Part shown: piece after piece, positions 47,329 to 57,504 of the stretch | Layout of the letters: each line of letters begins with the position of its first letter | Position numbering within the stretch: position 1 is the first letter of the stretch | DNA from: Candidatus Thorarchaeota archaeon | GTDB taxonomy: Archaea; Asgardarchaeota; Thorarchaeia; Thorarchaeales; Thorarchaeaceae | Assembly (NCBI GenBank): GCA_019057475.1 | Contig: DXJO01000046.1 | Location: 1 to 64,000, forward strand | Direction of reading: 5' to 3' | DNA: 64,000 nucleotides | The notes under the pieces: model-generated | The model's database searches: none | Told to the model about the DNA's origin: nothing | Seen by the model: the letters and a program-made list of their open reading frames with translations, nothing else | Program-made: the position numbers and the translations under genes

Positions 47329-49119
47329 GTGGGTGAGCCGCGATTGAGCGAGCACAAAATTGTAAACATTGACTTGGAAGAAAGCGAAAACGTCACACTA
47401 GGCGGAAGAAGTGGCCTTGACCATATAGACGTTTCAGGCGTTCTAAAAGTGACCAACCCATCGGATCGATGTAGGATATGGAACGTCAAGGTCCACCTAG
47501 GTGAAACTGGAAAAGGCACTGGCCTTCGGAAGAAAACGCTTCCTGGGGGAGAGATTGATGCCGGCGGAAAGTGGGAAACATATTACACGGTTGGTGTAAA
47601 AGCCCCACTCCTCGCACTCACTGAGGCTTATGATACGTGTAGCAGTGTTGAAACCGAAGAACCGCACTGGGCTTATGTCTTTGGCGCGGATAATCCGATC
47701 AGGATGACAATCCAGTTGAAGAATAACTCAGGCGGACAGATTGACAACATCATATTGAACAAGACTGTTCCTCCAGAGCTCTCCGAGGTCACCATCGAGA
47801 GCGCGTCATCAGGAGTGGCTGAGTTTGATGAAGGTACCAGTCAAATTATGTGGAAAGATTTCATGATCTACCCTGAGGAAAGCTCCACTCTGGTTGTGAC
47901 TGCGATTGGTAAGGTTGACGACGTCAAGTCGAAAGTCGCGGGTGAAATAGTTGTGACCTATAGAGCTGAGGAACAACAACGCTCGGAACTAGATCCGGAT
48001 ATGACCGCCTTGACAGAATTTCTCACCGGAATCGAGAACGCTGAAACCGAGCCAAATCATTGGGAATGCACACTTGAGTGCTCCAATGAGAGCGATTTAA
48101 TGATAAGACTTGACAAGGCAGCGGTGTTCCTAGTTCCAGAGGGCGGCGGTAAGAAAGAACTAAAGATAGACGAGAGTCCTGCGTTCGAAATGGCGCCCGA
48201 TCAGGATTGGAGCGCAAAGTTTGACATTGAGAGCAAGTCGCCGCCAAAATGCAGCCAGGATGTCGTATATACCCCCGTGGGAATTGTTACAAAAAGAGTG
48301 CTAGGAACAATCGAGAAGACTGCACAGATTATCCCAGTAGCAAGAATCGGCTACACGAAAGTCTTCGAACCTCCTGCTGTGGACAGCTTTGATAAAACAC
48401 CCGTTGAGGTCACAGTTGAAATCACCAACAGTGGCTCTGCGAAGTTGAACGAGATTCTTGTGGAAGATAGCCTTCCTGATGATGTCATGCCACCTCTAGA
48501 GGAGCATATCTCCGTTTGGATTCGCGGAAAGAAGTATACTGGCGACTTTGAGTTTATCAAAAAACCGAATAACCAAAACCCGGAGAACGCACATAAGCTC
48601 ACGTTTAGGATTAGTAATCTCAAGGATTCTGTGGGAGAACTTGCGCCTGGCGAGAGTGTGAAGATCAACTATGCCATAATGGCATGGAAGAGTAGGCCTG
48701 AGAAGGAGTATCCCAGCCCAATACTATGCTCTGCCAATACGCACATAGCAGGATTACTGGCTACAGTGCTAGGCGAAGACCACAGGCTAGAGGTCATATA
48801 CAAGAAGAGGCGTATCTCGACGAAGAAGGCGATAAACAAGGGTGCGGACGTCGGGGAGTATGTCGTTGTGCTCGTTGTTGAGAATCGAGGCGAGGTTACT
48901 GCGGAGAACGTGGTCGTAACAGATTGGATACCACCCGGTTTTGAATATGTGTCAGTGGACCCTGAGGAATTAGTACCAAAGGTAAAACCAGCCCGCAAAG
49001 GCAGCAATGTCGTGTGGACCTTCACCCGGATGAACCCTGGCGAGAAGAAGAGAATCAGATTGTCTGTAAGCGGTGAAGGTGAATATGAGCGCCGTGAGCC
49101 ACAAGTGACATCTGACTAA
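47329..49119 (+). CDS. Cytoplasmic beta-sandwich protein (mu-homology-like N-terminus, DUF11-like repeats)
   Basis: IDLEESENVTL...IDVSGVL; three N.G...N.....D.[LI]P-type repeats; no signal peptide or TM segment. Confidence 0.65.
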   Translation: MGEPRLSEHKIVNIDLEESENVTLGGRSGLDHIDVSGVLKVTNPSDRCRIWNVKVHLGETGKGTGLRKKTLPGGEIDAGGKWETYYTVGVKAPLLALTEAYDTCSSVETEEPHWAYVFGADNPIRMTIQLKNNSGGQIDNIILNKTVPPELSEVTIESASSGVAEFDEGTSQIMWKDFMIYPEESSTLVVTAIGKVDDVKSKVAGEIVVTYRAEEQQRSELDPDMTALTEFLTGIENAETEPNHWECTLECSNESDLMIRLDKAAVFLVPEGGGKKELKIDESPAFEMAPDQDWSAKFDIESKSPPKCSQDVVYTPVGIVTKRVLGTIEKTAQIIPVARIGYTKVFEPPAVDSFDKTPVEVTVEITNSGSAKLNEILVEDSLPDDVMPPLEEHISVWIRGKKYTGDFEFIKKPNNQNPENAHKLTFRISNLKDSVGELAPGESVKINYAIMAWKSRPEKEYPSPILCSANTHIAGLLATVLGEDHRLEVIYKKRRISTKKAINKGADVGEYVVVLVVENRGEVTAENVVVTDWIPPGFEYVSVDPEELVPKVKPARKGSNVVWTFTRMNPGEKKRIRLSVSGEGEYERREPQVTSD

Positions 49120-49185
49120 TCGATCACGTGCACCCCATCAACAGGTTGGGGGCTAGATTCCCCCACCTGCTTCTCAATTCTACGT

Positions 49186-49527
49186 CTACCTGCGATCATC
49201 CTCAAGACTGCGAATTTCCTTTCGTGTTGAATCCAGAAATTCATCAATGTCCTGCAATAGTGTATGGTCCACATCTTCTGCACGTTGCGTATCAAGCGCA
49301 TACAGAACCTTGAATCCCTTCAGTGTTGCATGGATGGCGTTCGAAATCTCAAGAATCGCACTACTCAAATCTCGGCTATCCATTTCGTCTTTTCCATGCT
49401 CATACACAAAGTCGTAAGCACCTCTCACTGCCTTGAATCCAAGTTCAAGCAACTTTTGCATAACTAAAGAAGGAGATGCACCTTCACTATAGAACCAAAC
49501 TGAAACACGTGTCACATAGCGTGTCAT
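49186..49527 (-). CDS. Conserved archaeal hypothetical protein
   Basis: F.SEGA.PS.V...L..LGF....G.YDFVY, IH..LKG..V. Confidence 0.75.
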   Translation of the reverse strand: MTRYVTRVSVWFYSEGASPSLVMQKLLELGFKAVRGAYDFVYEHGKDEMDSRDLSSAILEISNAIHATLKGFKVLYALDTQRAEDVDHTLLQDIDEFLDSTRKEIRSLEDDRR

Positions 49528-49577
49528 GGACAAGAACCCCAACCTTTTGGAACGAAGTCATTGGCATTCGGTTTGCT

Positions 49578-50690
49578 TTAAGCCTTTCCGACTGGCTTCC
49601 TGCGACTGCGTGAGTGGATGAGCAAAGAGATATCCTCGTGATTGAGGACATGATGCCACTGACGCTTACAGTCACAATCCAGTGAGTCAAACACAGAAAC
49701 GTCTTGATGAATTGAGAACTCTCGGATGGCGCTTGTTATGGATTCATCACAAGAACCACAGTTGTGTGCGCCACGAGGCTTCCCTGCGGCAACAGGGTCA
49801 CACAAGATGTTGACCGAGCTCCCTACTTCGTCCCAGGCATCTCTTAGGACACTCAGAACGGTCCACAACCAAGGAGGTCTATACTGTTCTTTCAACCAGA
49901 GGCGCTCAACGAGCGTATACTTCTGGATATTGATAGGATTCATAGAAACCGTTGACACACCCAACTTGGCGGCGTCTTCAATGGTTTTGACTGCATCTAG
50001 GAGAGCGTCCCTCTCCGTTAGAAAGGGAGGCTTCAAGAGAACATAAGCGCGCACTCCAATATCGTATTCCTTGGCGGTTGCTACAGAGTCCTTGAAGGTG
50101 CCAAGACTGAATCCCTTATTGATACAGATTGACCGAACAGCATCATTTGAGCTCTCAAGACCAATCCCAAGTTCTACTCTACGAGACCCCAGGATGTCGC
50201 GCGTTTCACGCATAATCTCGGGTGTGACATATTCAGGTCGGGACTCAATGACAACTTCTTGAATCCGATCGTCCTTAGCAATTCGGGCGAGTATCTTAGC
50301 CCGAACATCAGCTGGTATCTCGGTAGTGTCTAAGAAGCTCCCGCTCGTATAGATCTTTACAGAAAGAGGCGTCGATTCATCAGCCAAATCTGAGAGAGCA
50401 GCATCAAACTGCTGTAGCAGTTCATCAGTGGTCGCACTGCGTTCATCGCCATCTAACAGGTAGCTGCACATCGTGCAACCCCCCGAATCACCGCGGGCAT
50501 GAGAACACCCAACCGTTCCCAATACGACCGCCAGTGCCATGCCAACCTCGTTTCCAATCCTTGCAGGTGCAATCCATTTGGCTGAAGGTCTTGTGGGGTC
50601 TCGTCTACGTCGCTTTGTTACTGATGTACCACGAGCTTTGATTGTTGAATCTACAACGAGGTGTTCAAGCTGGTCAATGATATCGCTCAT
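49578..50690 (-). CDS. raSEA: Archaeosine biosynthesis radical SAM protein RaSEA
   Basis: GC......GGCTMC, KIYTSGSFLD, ESRPE, INKG, YRPPWLW, RGAHNC; follows arcS. Confidence 0.92.
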   Translation of the reverse strand: MSDIIDQLEHLVVDSTIKARGTSVTKRRRRDPTRPSAKWIAPARIGNEVGMALAVVLGTVGCSHARGDSGGCTMCSYLLDGDERSATTDELLQQFDAALSDLADESTPLSVKIYTSGSFLDTTEIPADVRAKILARIAKDDRIQEVVIESRPEYVTPEIMRETRDILGSRRVELGIGLESSNDAVRSICINKGFSLGTFKDSVATAKEYDIGVRAYVLLKPPFLTERDALLDAVKTIEDAAKLGVSTVSMNPINIQKYTLVERLWLKEQYRPPWLWTVLSVLRDAWDEVGSSVNILCDPVAAGKPRGAHNCGSCDESITSAIREFSIHQDVSVFDSLDCDCKRQWHHVLNHEDISLLIHSRSRRKPVGKA

Positions 50691-50696
50691 TTCGTG

Positions 50697-52586
50697 TCAC
50701 TTCACCTTGTGCCGCACTGAAACAGCTTGGCCCTTCTTGAAATCGCACATCTCACGCCCAGACATCTCACTCCGACCCACAGCAATAATATCATCTTGGT
50801 TGTTCAACACAATTACCTCGTCGCCAGGGCGTATCCCTGAATCGGCCTCGTTGATTCCCACTGCGAAGACAGAGCCGCCCTCCAGTTTGCGCCCCTCAAA
50901 TCGCACCCAATAGCGGTGGAGTGGAATCAGTCGGCGTCCGCCCTCAAGCGTGAGCGAAAGGGAGCCACTGTCGCCGATGAATGCACATGTCTGTTCCTTG
51001 TTGATTCTGCACACAACCATTCTGTATAGCTTTCCTCCAAGTTTGGCTCCGTCAGGCACAAGTGCTTCACCAGCCCCTGGCCCAAACTGGTAGTCTGCAG
51101 TAGCGCGCAGGGTGTCTTCAAAGAGAGCGGGGCGACCGCCTTTTAACGAGAGAACTTCGCGCATATCTAACAGCACATTCTGCAGTGACTGTAGAGAGTC
51201 GAAACTCGAAGGTGAGTGCTGATCCGTCGTGTATACAATGCTCTGACTAACACGATCCTCTGCACTCTTCACAACATCAAGATAACCACCTGAAATGTGT
51301 GCCACAACCACAGCGGACTCAGCAAACTTCTGGAGATGTGTCACAAGAGCCTCAGCTGCGATTTCGGTTTCCTCCGTATCCCAGTCCCCAGTCACTGGAA
51401 TATCATAGTACGCAGCAGGATACAGCCGCTCCAATTCTCTTGGAATCACTCCCAAAGGAGAGGTCAGAATGGTTTCTGCCACTGAAGAACGTGTTGTCCC
51501 AATTGCGTGCTCTATTGCTTTGATGAAGCGCTGATGCGACTTGGATTCTGAATATGGCTTTCGAGCAGAACACGGGAGGAGCAAAACGAGTTTCTTATGG
51601 TTAGGAGGCATGTATCTGGATGCTAGGCAATCTCGGAAGCGTTTCACTGCAGGCGAGTTGTAGGATTCTGGACCAATCAGAGACAGGTTGGTTTGACCAG
51701 ACGTTGGCGTGAATTCCTCAAGAAAAGCGAATAGCGACTTGTCTGTCTTCCTGAGAAGAGACGTTGCGGCGGTGCTTGAGTGTCCCATTGATTCGACGAG
51801 CCACCTCAGCTTCCCTAAACGCAAAGATTGGATGCTCTCGGACAGAATAGATTGGTAGATGTTCAGGTTGTGACACAACAACACTGTATGAAGCTCATCT
51901 TGGCTTAGTTCTCGAAGGTCGCTATGATCTGCACACGCTATGCACGAACAAGTCCTTGGAAGAATCCTGCCCGTGATTGATTCCTCGGAGAGATTCCAAA
52001 GACGTACTCCTCTCGAGGCCGACTCAGCCGCATATCCCAAATCAAACACATCAAAGCCCAGATAGAAGAGGAGGGGGACTGAAGAGGGGGAGATTCTACC
52101 GAGTGCAATGGTTAGCCAGTCGATTGGCAGCATTGTTCGGTTGCTGAGCGCGCTGTAGTCATGTGGTCCAAGCCATCCATCGAAGGATACAGATGCAGCC
52201 CTGACCCCTAAGGAAGCGAATTCTGTCAGTATTGATGTAAGTTTCTCAGAACCCAATTGCTGGGGGATTCTGACAATCAAACGAGAAGGGTCTACCTTGC
52301 CTTGAACTTCATCTATGAAATGTAACTGATTTTCTAGCAATAGCTCAGCTGCTTCCGCGCCGAGAAACGAAACAGCAGGGAATGAGGGTAGGAGGAGTGA
52401 GTCATCTTCGCGGACGCCTGATATGAGTAACTTCGAATCATGAATTGGCGAAGGAACAGCAAGAATCATGGATCCGCCTACAGGGCGATCGTTTCTGCCA
52501 AGAGTCGCATATCCCATGATGGACTCGGTGTTAGGGGGGCCAACCAAGAACGGAGTCTGAACCTTTGTAGACCCCATCTTGTACAC
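50697..52586 (-). CDS. arcS: Archaeosine synthase subunit alpha
   Basis: LLLPCSARKPYS.S.SH, TSPLG.IPRELE..YPA..YDIPVTG.W, DYQFG, C-terminal PUA domain. Confidence 0.92.
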   Translation of the reverse strand: MYKMGSTKVQTPFLVGPPNTESIMGYATLGRNDRPVGGSMILAVPSPIHDSKLLISGVREDDSLLLPSFPAVSFLGAEAAELLLENQLHFIDEVQGKVDPSRLIVRIPQQLGSEKLTSILTEFASLGVRAASVSFDGWLGPHDYSALSNRTMLPIDWLTIALGRISPSSVPLLFYLGFDVFDLGYAAESASRGVRLWNLSEESITGRILPRTCSCIACADHSDLRELSQDELHTVLLCHNLNIYQSILSESIQSLRLGKLRWLVESMGHSSTAATSLLRKTDKSLFAFLEEFTPTSGQTNLSLIGPESYNSPAVKRFRDCLASRYMPPNHKKLVLLLPCSARKPYSESKSHQRFIKAIEHAIGTTRSSVAETILTSPLGVIPRELERLYPAAYYDIPVTGDWDTEETEIAAEALVTHLQKFAESAVVVAHISGGYLDVVKSAEDRVSQSIVYTTDQHSPSSFDSLQSLQNVLLDMREVLSLKGGRPALFEDTLRATADYQFGPGAGEALVPDGAKLGGKLYRMVVCRINKEQTCAFIGDSGSLSLTLEGGRRLIPLHRYWVRFEGRKLEGGSVFAVGINEADSGIRPGDEVIVLNNQDDIIAVGRSEMSGREMCDFKKGQAVSVRHKVK

Positions 52587-52655
52587 GCCAACTCTTGCGG
52601 GCCCGTCGTGACCGCGTCCAATGAGAAACTCTGTTATACTCTCTCACCTCTCAGA

Positions 52656-55319
52656 CTAGACTACTGGCTGATAACTAGTGTATCCTTTCGTATCCACACT
52701 GGTTTCAATCTTCTCAAGGATCTGCCTCACGCTCTCTAAGGCACCTGCTTTGAATAATGGTCGGTTGTTGTTGCCACACTGATATGAGTACGTGCATTGA
52801 GGACAGCCATCCACAGTCTTACAATCGCACGTTTCCAAGATGGTTTCTGTCCTTCTAAAGGCTTCATCCAATCTTGAGAAAAGCAACTTGGATGCACCAG
52901 TTCCTCCTGGACTTCCATCATAAACGAAGATTATTCCGGAGTCACCCATCGAAACCCCTCCAATCTCGCGGGTACTCCCGCCCGTTAGCATATCACTGGA
53001 CTCAATCACAACATGCTCCAACGCGTGGAATGCACCTTCATAGAGCTGGGCTGGATCCAGCCTTGGACCCTTGGAGTCCTTCATCGGACCTTCAATGTAT
53101 TCGTTTGCGGTCTTCGTGGGCTTTGGGGCAGTGAAAGCAAAGCCTCGCGTGACATACTTGTAGATGAGCGACTCAGGCAAATCAAAGCTTCCAACGCTTC
53201 TTCCAGTCCGTGTTTCCTTCTTGACGTATCCATAAACAGTCTGGGTCATCTCGAGACTGCAATACACGGCGTTGAGTCCCAGGATCTTTCGTTCTTCAAT
53301 TACACTTAGGATTTTGGGCATAAATGAATACAATGGGCGAGTGTAGTATGTCCGATCTTGCATGGAAGCGACTGTGGCTCTCCCGAAGCCGGGGGCGTAT
53401 TTGAAGTCAACAGAAAGGAAGTTCTTCCCACCGTGAAGATAGATTGCACCAGGATGTAGACTCTGAGCGGCCATTGGCATGGATCGATCCCCAAGCGTTT
53501 TCATCCCCAGCTTAATCTGAACGGTATCGCCAATCCCTCTGATACTATAGCCCCTCCAAGCCTTTCGAGCCTTCTCCGAATCTACTACTCTAACACTGCC
53601 GTTTTCACTAACATGAAGCAAGCCATCTCGCTCAAGGGTTTCCATGATTTTGAGTTGATGCGGGAAATGAGATGTGTTTAATTTGCCACTCATGGCTGCA
53701 GCGATAAGCTGGTAGTATCCAACTATTTCATTCCCAGGTTCCATGTATGCAGAATCAATATCTGTGAAGTACTTCTCAGGCTGATTCTTGTAATAGGATG
53801 ATATCGGGTCATTCTCTCTTAGGGCAAGTATCGCTACACTTTCCTGACCCATTCTGCCTGCACGACCTATGCGCTGTGTGAGTCGTGTAATCGAAGTTAT
53901 CATACTGACCACACTGTCAAGGTGACCGATATCCACCCCTAGCTCCAAAGTCGGTGTGGAAACTAGAACAGGCAATCTACCAGCTTTGAATTCAGTTTCC
54001 ACTTGGCTGCGATATTTCTTAGTAAGCCCTGCCCTGTGGACCATAGACTTGATTCCGAGGTCATTGATGAGTATGTTTAGAACCTCAGCCTCTGAATGCG
54101 TGTTGCCAAAGACTAGAGTCTTGAACCCGCCGCTCTGCAGGATTCGCACGATGTTCACAATCATACTGTATTTGCTGCGTTCCCCCGGGTAGTACATCAT
54201 GAAATGGACTGGTCCGCGTTTGGCGGCAGCTGACTCCACAAGGTGCACATCCCCGTCGAAAATTTGTTCAGCGAACTCCTTCGGATTCGCGATTGTGGCA
54301 GAGGCACCTATCTTTTGGAACTGGCCTGCTTCCAGCTCAAGTCGTTTCAAGATATAGTAAACATTAGCGCCCATCGATCCTGTGTAAAGATGAATCTCAT
54401 CAAGAACCACGTATTTCACTGTGTGGAGCAAGGGCACCAGCCGAGAACTGTCCCATCCAAGATGATAGTGAAGTATGTCAGGGTTCGTGAGTAATATATC
54501 TGGAGGACGCTCATAGATCCTACTCCGCTGAGATTGTGAAACGTCCCCATCGAATACAGCCACAGTTAACCCCGAAGCTTCGCATATCCCCTTTATCTTG
54601 TTGTACTGGTCTTTTGCCAGTGCTTTTGTTGGGTATAACAGCAAAGCCCGAACACCCGGATTCATGAAGGCCTCTTGCACAGTGATAACAAGACTCCTCA
54701 CGATAGGCAGAATGAAAGCTTCGGTCTTTCCCTGTGCTGTAGGAGCGGATATGACCACATCATTGCCCTTCAAGATTGAATTGTACACTTCTTCTTGGAA
54801 ACGATACAATTGCTTGATTCCCTTTGCGTGAAGGTGTTCTTTGAGCCGTGTCGGCACCTTGAGACTGTCTACTTGACAACCGTACTCCGCATCGCTTTGG
54901 GGCATATAACGATAAGTGACCAGGTAGTCGTTCCCATTGGTGACCAAAGCACGGACTTCATCCTTGAGAGTTTCAAGATTGGAGCCTCCATTCTCTACTA
55001 GCTTCTGAATCTCCGTCCGTGATTGGACAGGGGCACGACCTGCGCGGGGCTTGCGCGTTGCACGACTCCGTCCTTCTGCTATGCTGTCAGTCGTTGTGGG
55101 TGTGCGTGGGGAGCCTTTCGAATCCCCAGCGGAAATGCGTCCGGTCTTGATTGCTTTCGTGTATGCCTCGTAAGCATCGAACAAATCCTTGTTCCTACCA
55201 TCAACAAGTATCTCTGCATCGCAGGAGTAGCATCGCACTGTCCAGATGTGGCCTCCCTTCCTGATGTCTAGTGTGGAGCCACACTTTGGACAATGAAGAA
55301 CGGGCACTAGCTTAACCAC
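52656..55319 (-). CDS. Hrq1/SftH-like DEAH helicase with DUF1998 and N-terminal zinc ribbon
   Basis: APTAQGKT, YPTKALA.DQ, TNPD, DEIH, SAT, LELGVDIG, QRIGRAGR, C.C..GCP.C. Confidence 0.92.
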   Translation of the reverse strand: MVKLVPVLHCPKCGSTLDIRKGGHIWTVRCYSCDAEILVDGRNKDLFDAYEAYTKAIKTGRISAGDSKGSPRTPTTTDSIAEGRSRATRKPRAGRAPVQSRTEIQKLVENGGSNLETLKDEVRALVTNGNDYLVTYRYMPQSDAEYGCQVDSLKVPTRLKEHLHAKGIKQLYRFQEEVYNSILKGNDVVISAPTAQGKTEAFILPIVRSLVITVQEAFMNPGVRALLLYPTKALAKDQYNKIKGICEASGLTVAVFDGDVSQSQRSRIYERPPDILLTNPDILHYHLGWDSSRLVPLLHTVKYVVLDEIHLYTGSMGANVYYILKRLELEAGQFQKIGASATIANPKEFAEQIFDGDVHLVESAAAKRGPVHFMMYYPGERSKYSMIVNIVRILQSGGFKTLVFGNTHSEAEVLNILINDLGIKSMVHRAGLTKKYRSQVETEFKAGRLPVLVSTPTLELGVDIGHLDSVVSMITSITRLTQRIGRAGRMGQESVAILALRENDPISSYYKNQPEKYFTDIDSAYMEPGNEIVGYYQLIAAAMSGKLNTSHFPHQLKIMETLERDGLLHVSENGSVRVVDSEKARKAWRGYSIRGIGDTVQIKLGMKTLGDRSMPMAAQSLHPGAIYLHGGKNFLSVDFKYAPGFGRATVASMQDRTYYTRPLYSFMPKILSVIEERKILGLNAVYCSLEMTQTVYGYVKKETRTGRSVGSFDLPESLIYKYVTRGFAFTAPKPTKTANEYIEGPMKDSKGPRLDPAQLYEGAFHALEHVVIESSDMLTGGSTREIGGVSMGDSGIIFVYDGSPGGTGASKLLFSRLDEAFRRTETILETCDCKTVDGCPQCTYSYQCGNNNRPLFKAGALESVRQILEKIETSVDTKGYTSYQPVV

Positions 55320-55408
55320 CTAGACTACAGACCCCGTCTGATTTCCTCTTATCAAACTTTGGCACGGAATGCGATTCGCAATCTCAAGTCGGCGTCACAA
55401 TAGCTAAC

Positions 55409-55443
55409 CTTATATGCGGTTGTGTAACCGACATGCACAACCG
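55409..55443 (+). promoter_or_regulatory. TATA-like box followed by inverted repeat upstream of thioredoxin
   Basis: CTTATATG then CGGTTGTGTA-N7-TGCACAACCG. Confidence 0.5.
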
Positions 55444-55472
55444 ACCCGCAGTGGTCAGGAAGATGATTAGCA

Positions 55473-55832
55473 ATGGTTGAAGATGTTAACTCCGACGAAT
55501 TGGCACAATTGATAGGCGATAACAAGGTAGTCTTTGTTGACTGCCACGCAGATTGGTGTCAGCCCTGCAAAATCCTTGGCCCCATCTTGGAAGAGCTCGA
55601 TGAGAAATTCCAAGACAAGGGTCTGAAAGTCGTCAAGATTGATGTGGATCAGAACAGGGAATTCAGCGCGGAAAATCAAATTTCAGGAATTCCGAGCGTA
55701 CTTGTATACAGCGAAGGCAAACGTGTCGTGTTTGACGACGGCGGCGGACGAAAGATGGACAAACTCGTAGGTGTAATGCCAAACGAGGTCTACGAACAGA
55801 TTGCTGAGAATCTTCTAGCTGAAGCGGCATAG
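55473..55832 (+). CDS. trxA: Thioredoxin
   Basis: ADWCQPC, KIDVD, ISGIP. Confidence 0.92.
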   Translation: MVEDVNSDELAQLIGDNKVVFVDCHADWCQPCKILGPILEELDEKFQDKGLKVVKIDVDQNREFSAENQISGIPSVLVYSEGKRVVFDDGGGRKMDKLVGVMPNEVYEQIAENLLAEAA

Positions 55833-55842
55833 GTGGATAACA

Positions 55843-55900
55843 GAGTCCCCCCAGTATCTCACTCTCTCTCTCACTTCGGGGGGAACTCCTCCTTCTTTTT
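55843..55900 (+). terminator. Hairpin plus pyrimidine tract after first thioredoxin
   Basis: GAGTCCCCCCAGT...ACTTCGGGGGGAACTC then CTCCTTCTTTTT. Confidence 0.55.
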
Positions 55901-55986
55901 CGAACAGCTGTCCTCAACCCACTGGGGATTAGGAACATTATTAGGTGCTTCAACTTCCGGACACCGAAACGGAGTGAACTCCACTG

Positions 55987-56346
55987 GTGAATGATGTTGC
56001 CCCAGATGCTATCGAGAAAGCAATCAATGAAACCAAGCTCCTGTTTGTAGACTGTTGGGCGCCTTGGTGCAGACCTTGCCTAGTATTGGGCCCGATACTG
56101 GATGAACTTGATCAGAAGTATGCTGATAATCCAGAGGTTGGCTTTCTGAAGGTCAATACGCAGATTCATCAAGAGTTCGCTGTCAAGCAAAACCTCTACG
56201 CTATACCCTGTGTACTCGTCTACTTTGATGGAAAACCAGCCAAGTTTGAGCTTGCTCGCGGTGATAAAACAGAGGTTACAGATCGTCTGATAGGCACCAG
56301 GCCGGCAGAGCACTATGAGAACGTGATTAGGCAGCTTGTGGAATAG
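55987..56346 (+). CDS. Thioredoxin family protein (tandem paralogue)
   Basis: WAPWCRPC, AIP, DRLIG. Confidence 0.9.
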   Translation: MNDVAPDAIEKAINETKLLFVDCWAPWCRPCLVLGPILDELDQKYADNPEVGFLKVNTQIHQEFAVKQNLYAIPCVLVYFDGKPAKFELARGDKTEVTDRLIGTRPAEHYENVIRQLVE

Positions 56347-56419
56347 GCCCCGTTTCAACTCCATTGTTTTATTAGAGAAGACAGCCGGTTCTAAGTTAAC
56401 GCATAGCGAGGTGACAGAC

Positions 56420-56944
56420 TTGCCGATTCTTCCTTTTGGCGATAAGACTCCGAAAATCGATACGAAATCCTACGTAAGCCCGCAGGCGACCATTGTGGGT
56501 GATGTTGAGATTGGTGCGCAAGCAAGCATATGGCCAGGTGCAGTAATACGCGGCGACCAAGCTTCAGTCAGAATTGGAGAGAGCTCCTGCATTCAGGACA
56601 GTGTGGTAATACATGCACACACTGAGGATAATCCAGCCATCATTGGCAGTCTCACTATTGTAGGCACAGCATCAGTATTGCATGGAGTCTACATCGGCGA
56701 TATGGCAAGCATAGGTGAAGGGTGTGTCGTCTTCGATGGCGCAACACTCGGAGAGGGCGTAAGACTTGCACCCGGCAGTATTGTGCCAGCAAATGTGGTT
56801 ATTCCCCCCAGAAGTGCGAACTCCGGAGCCCCGGCAGCCCAGATTCGCGACTTGTCCAGAGAGGAAGTTGAAAAGCAATCAGCGAGGGCGGAAACAATCG
56901 CGCAAGTCTTCCAGAAACTGCGAAGATGGAAGCAACTCGTTTAG
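56420..56944 (+). CDS. Gamma carbonic anhydrase family protein
   Basis: GAGGTG RBS; VGDV.IG..ASIW.GAVIRGD, IQD..VIH, LHG; hexapeptide repeats. Confidence 0.9.
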   Translation: MPILPFGDKTPKIDTKSYVSPQATIVGDVEIGAQASIWPGAVIRGDQASVRIGESSCIQDSVVIHAHTEDNPAIIGSLTIVGTASVLHGVYIGDMASIGEGCVVFDGATLGEGVRLAPGSIVPANVVIPPRSANSGAPAAQIRDLSREEVEKQSARAETIAQVFQKLRRWKQLV

Positions 56945-57026
56945 AATACATGGTTTCCAGCGATGCTCCTTGGCCTAAAGCGGCGAATGCAATCTGCATC
57001 ATATCAACAAAGCAGAAAAATTGCCA

Positions 57027-57104
57027 TGGCGGGACCGCCCAGATTCGAACTGGGGATAACCAACTCCGCAAGCTGGTGCCTTATCCATGCTAGACTACGG
57101 CCCC
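57027..57104 (-). tRNA. tRNA-Arg(GCG), CCA encoded
   Basis: Acceptor GGGGCCG/CGGTCCC; anticodon arm CCAGC-TTGCGGA-GTTGG; T loop TTCGAAT. Confidence 0.97.
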
Positions 57105-57210
57105 GCTCGCAGAAACTTCGAGTTATCTTAAAGATTCTTCGCTAATATGCATAGTAGAAAATCATGCTGACATGAGGATTGGTGCTGCACCTAGGTTCCC
57201 CTAGCTGCCC

Positions 57211-57441
57211 TCATGCCGCTGGAACGCCGACTAGGTTCACAACTGCTTTGCCTTTTCGCTTGGTAATACGCATAGTGTGATCTGATGTCTGGAGGATGAA
57301 ACTCTCTCCTTCGTCTAGGTTGTCAAGCACGCTACGTCCCAGAGGCCCATTCAGGTAGTTGGTGAACCTGACTACTACACGACAAGTGGGTGTCTTGATC
57401 TCTTCAACGGCGTTCATTGTCTTAAACCTCAGTTCGGTCAT
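57211..57441 (-). CDS. Small hypothetical protein between the two tRNA-Arg genes
   Basis: ORF fills the gap, has its own TTTAAAAG box just upstream, globular composition. Confidence 0.6.
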   Translation of the reverse strand: MTELRFKTMNAVEEIKTPTCRVVVRFTNYLNGPLGRSVLDNLDEGESFILQTSDHTMRITKRKGKAVVNLVGVPAA

Positions 57442-57504
57442 CCGTGCCCTCATTGGGCTTTTAAACTACAATCGAATTGTTTGATTGATGAAGAAGAGTA
57501 ATTG

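Noticed and set aside
52656-55319. DUF1998 helicase as a DISARM/Druantia component
   Set aside because: Stand-alone Hrq1-like gene with no methylase or other defence partners
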